Positions 29,470 to 38,298 of a stretch of DNA of 64,000 bases are shown here, one piece after another; position 1 is the first letter of the stretch; every line of letters begins with the position of its first letter. The position numbers were made by a program, and so were the translations under genes. Below the pieces are notes generated by a model. It saw nothing but the letters and a program-made list of their open reading frames with translations. It ran no database searches and was not told the DNA's origin. The DNA is from Candidatus Methanoperedenaceae archaeon. GTDB taxonomy: Archaea > Halobacteriota > Methanosarcinia > Methanosarcinales > Methanoperedenaceae. The stretch covers positions 16,280 to 80,279 of the forward strand of contig CAVWCX010000020.1 of assembly GCA_963753595.1 (NCBI GenBank), written 5' to 3'.

Positions 29470-29610
29470 GGATTATGTTATTATGAAAAAAGAGTGATAT
29501 TTAACCTTCGTGTCCATAAAACATATATGAATGTTCATTGAAGTTCTATATTATGGAAAAATGTAATATTTCCTGGTATTAAAGAGAAGGAACATATCTG
29601 GAGGTATATT

Positions 29611-30480
29611 ATGATTTTTTTTAATAATTTTCAGGAAAAAATTCGAAATATCCTTAAAAAAATCGAACATGGAAATGCAAGTGAATCCAATTTGACATCT
29701 CTTTGTGAATTACTTGATAATCACCAGAATATAATACCAGAAGCTATAGGGGCGCTCAACGATATATTGGCAAAAGGCAAAATAAAAGCGTTAAATTCAG
29801 CAATCTCAGCCTATAACAGAATGGCGCAAAATCATATCGGAATAACACATTATCAAGTAGATGTTATCGTAAGCTGCATGAGGGATAGGAGAAATGACTT
29901 GCATGAAAACAGTATGTTGAACATCCTTGAAATTCTTTCAAAAATAGCCCCAAAATATCCGGAACGGATGAAAATTGCAGTTCCTGAATTAATTATCGCT
30001 CTTGAAAGTACTAATACACAAAGTAGAGATATATCATATTTCATGCTTAGCATCCTTGCAGCCACCCATCATGAGTTTTTCAAAGACCGATCAAAAGAGA
30101 TCATTAGGGTCCTGAATGGACTCAACCTGGATGAGAGAATTTATGCTATCAAGTTAACAAGGCAACTTGCAGAAAAGGAACCGGCAATTGTAGCTGATAC
30201 ATATGATCTGTTAGAAGACCTGCGCCTTAACCATCCTGACAGTAATTTGCGTTCAGAGGCGGGATTTGCAATGGACAAATTAAAAGAAGCGGTCCAACAG
30301 AAAACTTCGCATGCAACACCAGTGCAGAAAATACAAAAACCAGATCATCTTATTAAAGAAAGAGCAGAAATTTCAGATGATCTTTTTTCCGGATTATCTG
30401 AACTCATGGCGCCAGATAAAAAGGAAATAAGAGCTCTTCTGAAAGGAATGAATCTCAAGCACTTGATTGTTGGTAAATAA
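29611..30480 (+). CDS. HEAT/ARM-repeat-like protein
   Basis: Repeated amphipathic helical pairs, e.g. AVPELIIALES, LRSEAGFAM; GGAGG RBS. Confidence 0.7.
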   Translation: MIFFNNFQEKIRNILKKIEHGNASESNLTSLCELLDNHQNIIPEAIGALNDILAKGKIKALNSAISAYNRMAQNHIGITHYQVDVIVSCMRDRRNDLHENSMLNILEILSKIAPKYPERMKIAVPELIIALESTNTQSRDISYFMLSILAATHHEFFKDRSKEIIRVLNGLNLDERIYAIKLTRQLAEKEPAIVADTYDLLEDLRLNHPDSNLRSEAGFAMDKLKEAVQQKTSHATPVQKIQKPDHLIKERAEISDDLFSGLSELMAPDKKEIRALLKGMNLKHLIVGK

Positions 30481-30613
30481 TAAAAACAAAGGGGAACTGT
30501 AAAAAAGTCTGGTGCTGGAGTGAAACCTGAAGCAATGGGCTTATCAGTCAATTCCAATGCACAATAACATCAACACCAAAAGATTTTACCACTATAACTT
30601 TATATCCTTAATA

Positions 30614-31846
30614 TTAACATACCCCGATCTCTCCCATCGCATTCCTGACCCCAAGCGCCACACCCTCGACTTCGATCCCGCCTTTTCCTTTGGCGCCGTC
30701 ACCTACAATATACAGATTCTTAACAGGGGTCTGATTTCCGTTATCACTTCCTGATGATGCTCTGTTAACAGGCCAGCCGTTGGAATATGATTGGATCAAA
30801 ATTACTTCATAATTCTTGCCAGGGAAAAGCTGTTTGAGATCAAGGAGCCCAAGATTTATTTCCTCCTTAAGGTCATCTGAAATCATTGCCTGGTGCGACA
30901 TCACAAGATGTTTTCCCGGCGGCGCAAGGGACGGATCTGCATTTGTAACTTCATTGATGCCATTTATCCTCTTTGCAAAAGGTGTAAAAAACACGCCGCT
31001 ATGACCGATCAACGGTTCATCCGAAGAAAGACATATTTTGATTCCTTTTGAAGGTTTGACATTTGAGATCTTATCAAGGTATTCCAAATCCTTGCACTCG
31101 TACAGGCAATTTGTTTCAAAATGTCCTATGTCACTGATCACAATGTCTGCTTCAATTGTTTTTCCATTAACGATGACTCCCTTTGCTGAATCATTTTCGA
31201 TAATGATCCCTTCGACACTGGATTGTGTATGTATCCTTCCGCCATTTGATCTTATTACACTGGAAAGTGCGTCTGTGACTGCGCCGCACCCACCGATCGG
31301 GATCCCTGAGCCTTTGTAGAGATACATATTATCTATTATTTCAAGCATCTCCCGCGCCGGTACATCTTTTGCCGTAAGGCTCAATGCCCAGCCGCAAAAA
31401 GAATCCGCAAGTTTAAACAGGAATTCATCATCAAAATATTTCAATACCCAGTCCCTGAATGAGATATCGCTTTTTGGCTTGAATTTCAGGGAATAAGCAA
31501 GAACAGTCCCGAGTTTCACCTGTTTTGTAAGTGTAAGTTCATTCCGGAAATCATGAAATGATATTATTTCACCGTTCTCTTTTCGTATCACTGCCATCGG
31601 GTGAGAGTCAACTATGGTCACATCCGCATCCACTTCTTTTAATATCTGTGCCAGAGGCCCACGCGAGCCGTGCGGTATCATGTGAAGTGCGCCTGTGCTG
31701 AGTTTGAAGCCTTTATACGAAATATTGGTGAACCGGCCTCCGATGAATGGGAGGCGCTCGAAGATCTCAACATCGTGTCCTGCTTTTGTGAGTTTTGCTC
31801 CGGCAAGCAATCCGCCAAGACCCGCGCCAATAACTACTGCCTTCAT
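30614..31846 (-). CDS. Phytoene dehydrogenase-like FAD-dependent oxidoreductase
   Basis: VVIGAGLGGL, ERLPFIGGRF, STGALH, NLYIVGDG. Confidence 0.87.
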   Translation of the reverse strand: MKAVVIGAGLGGLLAGAKLTKAGHDVEIFERLPFIGGRFTNISYKGFKLSTGALHMIPHGSRGPLAQILKEVDADVTIVDSHPMAVIRKENGEIISFHDFRNELTLTKQVKLGTVLAYSLKFKPKSDISFRDWVLKYFDDEFLFKLADSFCGWALSLTAKDVPAREMLEIIDNMYLYKGSGIPIGGCGAVTDALSSVIRSNGGRIHTQSSVEGIIIENDSAKGVIVNGKTIEADIVISDIGHFETNCLYECKDLEYLDKISNVKPSKGIKICLSSDEPLIGHSGVFFTPFAKRINGINEVTNADPSLAPPGKHLVMSHQAMISDDLKEEINLGLLDLKQLFPGKNYEVILIQSYSNGWPVNRASSGSDNGNQTPVKNLYIVGDGAKGKGGIEVEGVALGVRNAMGEIGVC

Positions 31847-32004
31847 TGCGCCTCCGAAATTGCACATACAGGGCAATACTTAACGCATGTGCCGCATTCT
31901 GTGCAGTTTTCATTCATGGAAGCATTGCCAAATACAATAATTGCATCGAATGGACAATATGCAGCGCACTGGCCGCATCCCACACAATCCTTGCTTACCT
32001 TCAT
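31843..32004 (-). CDS. 2[4Fe-4S] ferredoxin, 53 aa, missed by the ORF track
   Basis: MKVSKDCVGCGQCAAYCPFDAI...NCTECGTCVKYCPVCAISEAQ; ATGA overlaps with both neighbouring genes. Confidence 0.92.
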   Translation of the reverse strand: MKVSKDCVGCGQCAAYCPFDAIIVFGNASMNENCTECGTCVKYCPVCAISEAQ

Positions 32005-34115
32005 CCAACCCCGGCCGCTCCTATTTTTTCTGCAAGTTTTGCAAGCACTTCTTTTCTCATCCCTTCCACGAATTTGATGCTTCCTACCACAAGATGCCCT
32101 CCGCCGCTCACGCCTGCACCTTTTATCTCGCTGTGAAGTTCTTTCACCATCTGGGGGATGTTCATCCTGACGCCTTTTGAACGCAGCACTGCAAAATCAG
32201 GCCCGTATCCGATAGTGACAAGCGGCTTGCCTGCATTCTGGTTACATAATCTGTCATGTATCTCCCCGCTTGTCTTTCCAGGTGGCGGGAACGTGAATTT
32301 ATGTGCAAAATTCTCAACATCGATCACGTTCATTATTGTCCCGTTAGGCAATATCTGCGTTTTAACATTAGGCATTGAGGCCTCAAGTTGTTCATTTATT
32401 GCCTCATTTGCCTGCTCGTTCAATAAATTCACGATTTTTTGATGCCTGCCATTCGAATTAAGATTAAGGATATCATTCATTATCCCCCTTCCATCGTTGA
32501 ACCTCTGCATGAATGCCTCATAATCGATCGCAAGAGCCATTTTCTTCAATTCCTCGATCTTATATTTTTCTGCCACAAGGGCTTTATAAGCATCAGCTTC
32601 AGGAGCAGACGACCTGTCGCCCATGGCTGAAACCGCTGGAAGATGTTTTATTTCTTCGGTCACATCAGGATTTATCATCCGTGCAATTTCAGTACCGATC
32701 ATTCCTGTTGTCAGTCCATAATCCCCGCCTGCGTAAGCCGGGTTCACATGTTCAAGCACCATGGAATCTATAGTCCCGTCAGGGTGATGGTGGTCAATGA
32801 CCATTATATCAATTCCATAAATAACAGCCTGTTTCATCGCAGGCATATCTTCCTCTGTCGCCCCGTTGTCCATTAATACCACAAGCGGCATCTTCTGGGA
32901 GAAACGCTCCTGGTCTTCAAGTGCAAAAGTAATGTCTTTTGTCACATCCTCTAGCTCGTAAAAAGGCGCTTTGGAAGGAGAGCGCCTGAAAAAGTGCCTG
33001 TCAGCATCAGATCCCCCGACTTCCTTAATAAGAGGCAAAATTGCGCGTTCAATTGCGATCGCAGAGGTTATTCCGTCTGCATCCGCATGATGCCTTATGA
33101 TTATTGGCCTGGATTTATATGCTGCCTTCATTATGATCTTAGCGGCATTCTTCATCCTGGGTTTTAATTTCTCAAGTATATCACTTTTTACAAGGAACTG
33201 GATCTCATGGGGTTGGGCGCGCCTGTCAATAGCGGATTCGATCTGCTCTTTTATCCCTGCGGCCTCTTTCCCATCGAGCTGCCTTATGGAGCGGATCTCA
33301 ACCTGCAATGCGCCGTTTCTCATGGATGGCTCTCCGATGACTTTAACGATCGTCTCGGCCTTTATCTCAGGATAAGCGCGTTCTCCTGCTTTTTCAAATG
33401 CTGCACACTGGACTGTGCCATCCTCATCTGAAATGGAAAATATCGTGGGACCTCCTGTCTGCTTTATCTGGATGACCTCGCCTGAGAGATGAATAAGTTT
33501 CCCAAGGTACTTTGTAAGTTCTGTAGTTTTTCTTCTGGGGATCTGTTTTTCAACATGGATCACCTGGTAATCCTTCGGGCTTCTGATAAGGAGTTCAATA
33601 TTGCCATTCTGGGCAATGTTTTTTACTTCAACGAATATCTTATCGCCGATTTCCGGAGTGAAACTTAAATTGCTTGAATGAATAAGTCCCCGCATCTGCG
33701 GATTCAGGTCAATGAACACGCCAAAATTAGCATGTCCCTGCACTTTTCCCTCATAGGTCTTCCCGACCTCAAGTTCGCGTGTATCGCATTCGGGACTGAG
33801 GATATGGACATATTGTTTTTGGGCGCAATTTTCACAGAGTTCTCCCCTGCCGGGAATTTCTATTCCGCACATCTTGCATGTGATGAATTTCCCCCTGCCT
33901 CCGCATGCTTTGCAGGGTTCCGTCACTGAGAATTTGCCCGTGCCAAAACATTTTATGCATTTTATCCCACCACCCATCAGGGCACCAAGGTCTTTTTCAG
34001 AAAGTCGGTCAAGGCTTATGGATTTTGGCTTACCCGTGCCTTTGCAGTCAGGACATTCCCTTTCACTGAGGATTATAGTTCCTGTGCCTTTACAGTCTTT
34101 ACATTCAGTAGTCAT
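32001..34115 (-). CDS. RecJ-like DHH phosphoesterase with a DnaJ-type Zn finger and S1/OB folds
   Basis: CxxCxGxG repeats, HHADADG, DNG, IDHH, GGGH. Confidence 0.9.
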   Translation of the reverse strand: MTTECKDCKGTGTIILSERECPDCKGTGKPKSISLDRLSEKDLGALMGGGIKCIKCFGTGKFSVTEPCKACGGRGKFITCKMCGIEIPGRGELCENCAQKQYVHILSPECDTRELEVGKTYEGKVQGHANFGVFIDLNPQMRGLIHSSNLSFTPEIGDKIFVEVKNIAQNGNIELLIRSPKDYQVIHVEKQIPRRKTTELTKYLGKLIHLSGEVIQIKQTGGPTIFSISDEDGTVQCAAFEKAGERAYPEIKAETIVKVIGEPSMRNGALQVEIRSIRQLDGKEAAGIKEQIESAIDRRAQPHEIQFLVKSDILEKLKPRMKNAAKIIMKAAYKSRPIIIRHHADADGITSAIAIERAILPLIKEVGGSDADRHFFRRSPSKAPFYELEDVTKDITFALEDQERFSQKMPLVVLMDNGATEEDMPAMKQAVIYGIDIMVIDHHHPDGTIDSMVLEHVNPAYAGGDYGLTTGMIGTEIARMINPDVTEEIKHLPAVSAMGDRSSAPEADAYKALVAEKYKIEELKKMALAIDYEAFMQRFNDGRGIMNDILNLNSNGRHQKIVNLLNEQANEAINEQLEASMPNVKTQILPNGTIMNVIDVENFAHKFTFPPPGKTSGEIHDRLCNQNAGKPLVTIGYGPDFAVLRSKGVRMNIPQMVKELHSEIKGAGVSGGGHLVVGSIKFVEGMRKEVLAKLAEKIGAAGVG

Positions 34116-34229
34116 AGATTTGAGTGATAGATGTGTTAAGGGGTAAAATAGGTTACGCGGAAATTATGTTTGATAAAAAAGAAAAAGCTATAAATCCATA
34201 CTATTCTATCATCGCTTATTGTGAGTAAA

Positions 34230-34355
34230 ATGTTAGAATTGGTAAGAGAAAAATCTGGTTTCGATAAAGAAGATTCCTTTTTCAAAATGCAAACTTTCCG
34301 GGCATCCAGAGACTTATCAGAAGAGCATGATGAAATTTATGACGAAAAAATATGA
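34230..34355 (+). pseudogene. Short ORF resembling an antitoxin C-terminus; no toxin follows
   Basis: MLELVREKSGFDKEDSFFKMQTFRASRDLSEEHDEIYDEKI; DLSxxHDxxxY tail. Confidence 0.4.
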
Positions 34356-34381
34356 AATAGAACACGGATTTGCTCATCCGT
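34356..34381. repeat. Collapsed ACGGAT-flavour palindromic element
   Basis: AATAGAACACGGAT identical to 6825-6838, followed by TTGCTC ATCCGT. Confidence 0.65.
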
Positions 34382-34403
34382 AAATATTACTTTTATTGCA
34401 TTA

Positions 34404-35606
34404 CTATCTGATTTCATCGTACCCGATCTCTTTCTTTGTCAGGTAGCACGCAGGGTCATCAGCCCAGACATTATTATAGATCGCTTCTGCCCTCACGCGG
34501 AAGTTCCCGTTGCAGATATCGAACCATTTACAGTGGGCGCACCTGTCAGCGTTTGCCTTTATAAGTGGCTTGCGGTTCTTGAGTCCTGCCATTAATTCAT
34601 TATTGGTATCCATCCATATCTCGCTGAATTTTCGATCCTTCACATTGCCAAATGAGTAGTGCCTCCAGAACTGGTCTGCGTGGACCGAACCATCCCAGGA
34701 AACGCAGCCTATGCCGATGCCTGTAGAGTTGCCCTGGTTCATCTGGAGTAGTTCTAATACGTCTGCGGCGCGCTTTGGGTCTTCTTTCAGGAGACGGAAA
34801 TAAACATACGGGCCGTCGCAGTGATTATCAACGGTCAATACCTCGATCGGAAAGCCCTTATCGTGGAGCGCCCTGGTTCTATCCATTATAATATCAAGGG
34901 TTTTCCTGCTTTCTTCATGCGTTAGTTCCTGCTCGACCATTTTTGAGCCGCGCCCTGCGTAAACAAGATGATAGAAACAAACCCTGGGAATATTCTCCTT
35001 TTCAAGAAGGTCAAAAATAGCCGGGATATCCTTTACATTTTGTTTGTTGATCGTAAAACGCAATCCCACCTTGACGCCTTCTGCCAGGCAGTTTCGCATG
35101 CCATTTAAGGCAGCGTCGAATGCACCTTTTACACCCCTGAACTTATCATTTGTTTCTCTCATGCCGTCAAGTGAAACCCCGACATACGACAGGCCGATGT
35201 CCTTCAGGACTTTAGCCATTTTTTTATCAATAAGCGTCCCATTCGTTGAAATGACAGCGCGCATTCCTTTTGACCTTGCATATAGCGCAAGTTCAGGAAG
35301 GTCTTTTCGCATTGTAGGTTCGCCGCCTGAAAAAAGAATTACAGGCGCGCCGAATTGGGCAAGATCATCGATAAGCTCCTTACCCTCTTGGGTCGTGAGC
35401 TCGTTGGTGTATTCAATATCTTTTGAATGGGCATAGCAATGGACGCATTTAAGGTTGCAGCGCCTGCCCATGTTCCAGACAACGACCGGTTTTTTGTCTT
35501 TTGAAAATTGCAATAAATGCGACGGGAGTTTACTTGAGTCGCGCCCGTACCGCAGAGCGTCTGATGGTTCAACAGTCCCGCAATAAAGTTTTGAAATGCC
35601 TATCAT
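34404..35606 (-). CDS. ahbC: 12,18-didecarboxysiroheme deacetylase (radical SAM, alternative heme biosynthesis)
   Basis: MIGISKLYCG, LRYGR, PVVVWN..CNLKCVHCY, VDNHCDG, DPACYL. Confidence 0.9.
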   Translation of the reverse strand: MIGISKLYCGTVEPSDALRYGRDSSKLPSHLLQFSKDKKPVVVWNMGRRCNLKCVHCYAHSKDIEYTNELTTQEGKELIDDLAQFGAPVILFSGGEPTMRKDLPELALYARSKGMRAVISTNGTLIDKKMAKVLKDIGLSYVGVSLDGMRETNDKFRGVKGAFDAALNGMRNCLAEGVKVGLRFTINKQNVKDIPAIFDLLEKENIPRVCFYHLVYAGRGSKMVEQELTHEESRKTLDIIMDRTRALHDKGFPIEVLTVDNHCDGPYVYFRLLKEDPKRAADVLELLQMNQGNSTGIGIGCVSWDGSVHADQFWRHYSFGNVKDRKFSEIWMDTNNELMAGLKNRKPLIKANADRCAHCKWFDICNGNFRVRAEAIYNNVWADDPACYLTKKEIGYDEIR

Positions 35607-35672
35607 TTTTACTCCAATATATGTTCGTACAATCACGAATTTATTTTATATAAATCTATCCTGATTGCTTTA

Positions 35673-35942
35673 TTAGGTTAAATCAATTAATAATCCTTTG
35701 TGTTCATCAAATTTTATCCTGATACCTGAAGTATTTTCCGCAATTTCTTTTTCCACCAGTATCCTTATCTCGCCCTCCATAAATGTTACATCTCCAGAAA
35801 GCGCTTTTTTGACAGGGATTATCTCAAAATGCTTGCAGCACCCGCCCCCTCCAATGAAAATACGCATCGCGAACGCATTTTCTTTTATTAACTCTTTTCG
35901 GATGAGTTCGATGGCAGTATCATCTATCAAAAGGTTTGTCAT
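35673..35942 (-). CDS. HesB/IscA-like small protein
   Basis: MRIFIGGGGCC, GDVTF..GEIRILVEK. Confidence 0.65.
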   Translation of the reverse strand: MTNLLIDDTAIELIRKELIKENAFAMRIFIGGGGCCKHFEIIPVKKALSGDVTFMEGEIRILVEKEIAENTSGIRIKFDEHKGLLIDLT

Positions 35943-35974
35943 TCATTTCTTTTTTTAATAATTCGGATATATTT

Positions 35975-36406
35975 TTAAGCTATTTCGATCTCAGGTTCTA
36001 TTATGACCTGCGTCTTCATTGAGTTCGCAACAAGGCATCGTTTTTCGGCGTGATCCAGGATCATCCTGATCTTCTCTTCTGTCTCCTTTGCTTTTATTTT
36101 CGGTCTTATTATTATTTTTGTGAATATTTTCATTTTATCTACGGTTTCAAGTATCCCTTCGGCCCGGGATTCATAGGATACCAATTCAACACCCATGTTC
36201 TTGATCGTGCCAAGGAGCGTGGTCATATAACAGACGTTGGCAGATGATACAAAAAGATCTTCCGGGCTTATTATATTTTCATGCCCCCCGAATTCCGGAG
36301 GCGTTGCCACTTCTATTTCCTGTTTGCTTTCAATGAATTTGAGGTCAGCTTTTTTCTCCCCTTTCCATTTCAATGTATTATGATAGAGCCATTTATCCTG
36401 TTCCAT
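35975..36406 (-). CDS. OsmC/Ohr family protein
   Basis: PPEFGG, SPEDLF..NVCY, AEKRCLVANS. Confidence 0.87.
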   Translation of the reverse strand: MEQDKWLYHNTLKWKGEKKADLKFIESKQEIEVATPPEFGGHENIISPEDLFVSSANVCYMTTLLGTIKNMGVELVSYESRAEGILETVDKMKIFTKIIIRPKIKAKETEEKIRMILDHAEKRCLVANSMKTQVIIEPEIEIA

Positions 36407-36507
36407 CTGGATCATCCTTTTACCTTTCAAAATATGGCTTTCCGGATATTAAAAACTTTGTCAAAAAAGAGTTTGTCAAAAAGTTTGGTGGGGGCTATCA
36501 TGAAATA

Positions 36508-36601
36508 GTTGGAAATAAGAAACCGCAGATGAACGCCGATAAACGCGGATTGTGATAGCGTATCGCCGTTCATTTGCATCTGCGGTTTTATTGGTTCCAA
36601 C
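36508..36601. repeat. 9-nt-periodic palindromic element, CGCAGAT flavour
   Basis: GTTGGAA..AAACCGCAGAT GAACGCCGAT AAACGCGGAT / CATCTGCGGTTTT..TTCCAAC. Confidence 0.82.
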
Positions 36602-36796
36602 AAACACCAAAAGATTTTACACCCATAAAAATAATATAATTTCATAATAAACACAACTACAAGATTTATCTTCGAAAAGAGGGAAAAATGGGAATAAATG
36701 TAGTTTCAAACGACTACAAAACAATTAAATTCTTGAAGTTTGAAAATGTTTAAATATCATTAGCTCTTCATCTGACTTCCTCTAAGGGAGCAATAT

Positions 36797-37453
36797 ATGA
36801 AAAAGGAACCAATAATTCCAGAATCAAGAGACACTGCTTTCCGGGAACAGGTTTTAAAGACACCTGTCGGAGAAAAGATCCCGACCTGCATGCAATGCGG
36901 AATATGCGCGGGCTCCTGTCCTGTCAGCCACGAAATGGACTATACGCCGCGCGAGCTTGTCCGAATGGTCCAGCTTGGCTTGAAAAAGGAAGTGCTATCA
37001 AGCAACACGATATGGATATGCACAACATGCTTCTCATGCTCTGTCAGGTGTCCCAGGGGAATTCATCCGACAGAACTTATGGAAACGTTAAAACCAATAG
37101 CTATAGCAGAAGGGATAACTAACAGGAATGCTAAATTCGATAACGTTTTTTCAAGTGTAATAAGGAATAACGGCAGGGCTTCTGAATTCCTGCTCATCTC
37201 CAGATACAGCCTTACTGAACCTGGAATGATTAAGCAGCTCCCGTTTGGACTGTCAATGATTGCAAAAGGAAAATTGCCGTTATCTATTGACAGGATGGAA
37301 AATACCAGGGAACTGGAGGCTATTTTTAAACTTGGAGAAAAACCCGGGGAACCAAAGGAAGAAAATAAAGAAAGTAAAGATATTAAAGAAAAAGAGCCCC
37401 ACCAGACTAAAAATGAAGATAACGAGAATACACAAGAGGGGGCCAAAAAATGA
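36797..37453 (+). CDS. hdrC: Heterodisulfide reductase subunit C
   Basis: CMQCGICAGSCP and WICTTCFSCSVRCPR. Confidence 0.9.
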   Translation: MKKEPIIPESRDTAFREQVLKTPVGEKIPTCMQCGICAGSCPVSHEMDYTPRELVRMVQLGLKKEVLSSNTIWICTTCFSCSVRCPRGIHPTELMETLKPIAIAEGITNRNAKFDNVFSSVIRNNGRASEFLLISRYSLTEPGMIKQLPFGLSMIAKGKLPLSIDRMENTRELEAIFKLGEKPGEPKEENKESKDIKEKEPHQTKNEDNENTQEGAKK

Positions 37454-38298
37454 AATATTCTTATTATCCGGGATGCGCTCAGCATGGAACTGCGGTGGAT
37501 TACCGCATTTCTGTGGAAGCTGTTTTTGGCCGCCTTGGCATTGAGCTTGAAGAAGTAAAGAACTGGAATTGCTGCGGCGCTTTACATGTCCCCGATAGAA
37601 CTGTAAAGACAGGGCTGTCTGCAAGAACGCTTGCATCCGCAAAAGGCCTTGATATGGCAACGCCATGCAACCTGTGCTATTCAAACCTTATGCGTGCCCA
37701 AACCGCCCTCCAGGACAGCGCCCTTAGAACAAGGGTCAATGAAGCGCTCAAAGAAAAATATGATGGTAACACAAAACCAAAACATCTTCTTGAAGTGGTC
37801 GTCAAAGATCTTGGATTGCCAAAGCTCAAAGACCTTGTTAAAAAACCTCTTAAGATCAAAGCGGTTCCTTATTATGGCTGTCTCCTGACACGGCCGGAAA
37901 ACAATTTTGACAGCTCTGAGAATCCGAAATCCCTTGATGAATTAATTTTGTGCCTTGGAGCCGAGCCTGTAAAATATTATTATAAAACCAAATGCTGTGG
38001 AGGCCCGATCCTTCTGACAAATGAAGACCTTGCCCTGAGTCTAGCCAGGGAGTTACTGGTAATGGCAAAAGAAACAGGCGCCGATTGCATTGTTGTTACC
38101 TGCCCCATGTGCCACCTGCAACTTGATGCAAAACAAAAAGCAGTGGAATCAAAATTTAATATCAGGATCGACATGCCGATTATTTATTTTACGCAGCTTA
38201 TAGGACTTGCCATGGGTCTTGGCCCGGAGGAACTGGGGCTTTCCCGGCATCTTGTTCCAACCGATAAATTGATCGCAAAGGTTGGAGGCAAATTATGA
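37450..38298 (+). CDS. hdrB: Heterodisulfide reductase subunit B
   Basis: Two CCG domains: YYPGC, WNCCGA, PCNLC; YYGC, CCGG, CPMC. Confidence 0.92.
   Translation: MKYSYYPGCAQHGTAVDYRISVEAVFGRLGIELEEVKNWNCCGALHVPDRTVKTGLSARTLASAKGLDMATPCNLCYSNLMRAQTALQDSALRTRVNEALKEKYDGNTKPKHLLEVVVKDLGLPKLKDLVKKPLKIKAVPYYGCLLTRPENNFDSSENPKSLDELILCLGAEPVKYYYKTKCCGGPILLTNEDLALSLARELLVMAKETGADCIVVTCPMCHLQLDAKQKAVESKFNIRIDMPIIYFTQLIGLAMGLGPEELGLSRHLVPTDKLIAKVGGKL

Noticed and set aside
35673-35942. Selenocysteine in the HesB-like protein
   Set aside because: The motif is encoded as GGGGCC with Cys codons and there is no in-frame TGA.
4589-36601. Periodic repeats read as CRISPR or mini-CRISPR arrays
   Set aside because: Units are about 9 nt with no unique spacers, the arms are inverted, and no cas genes are present.
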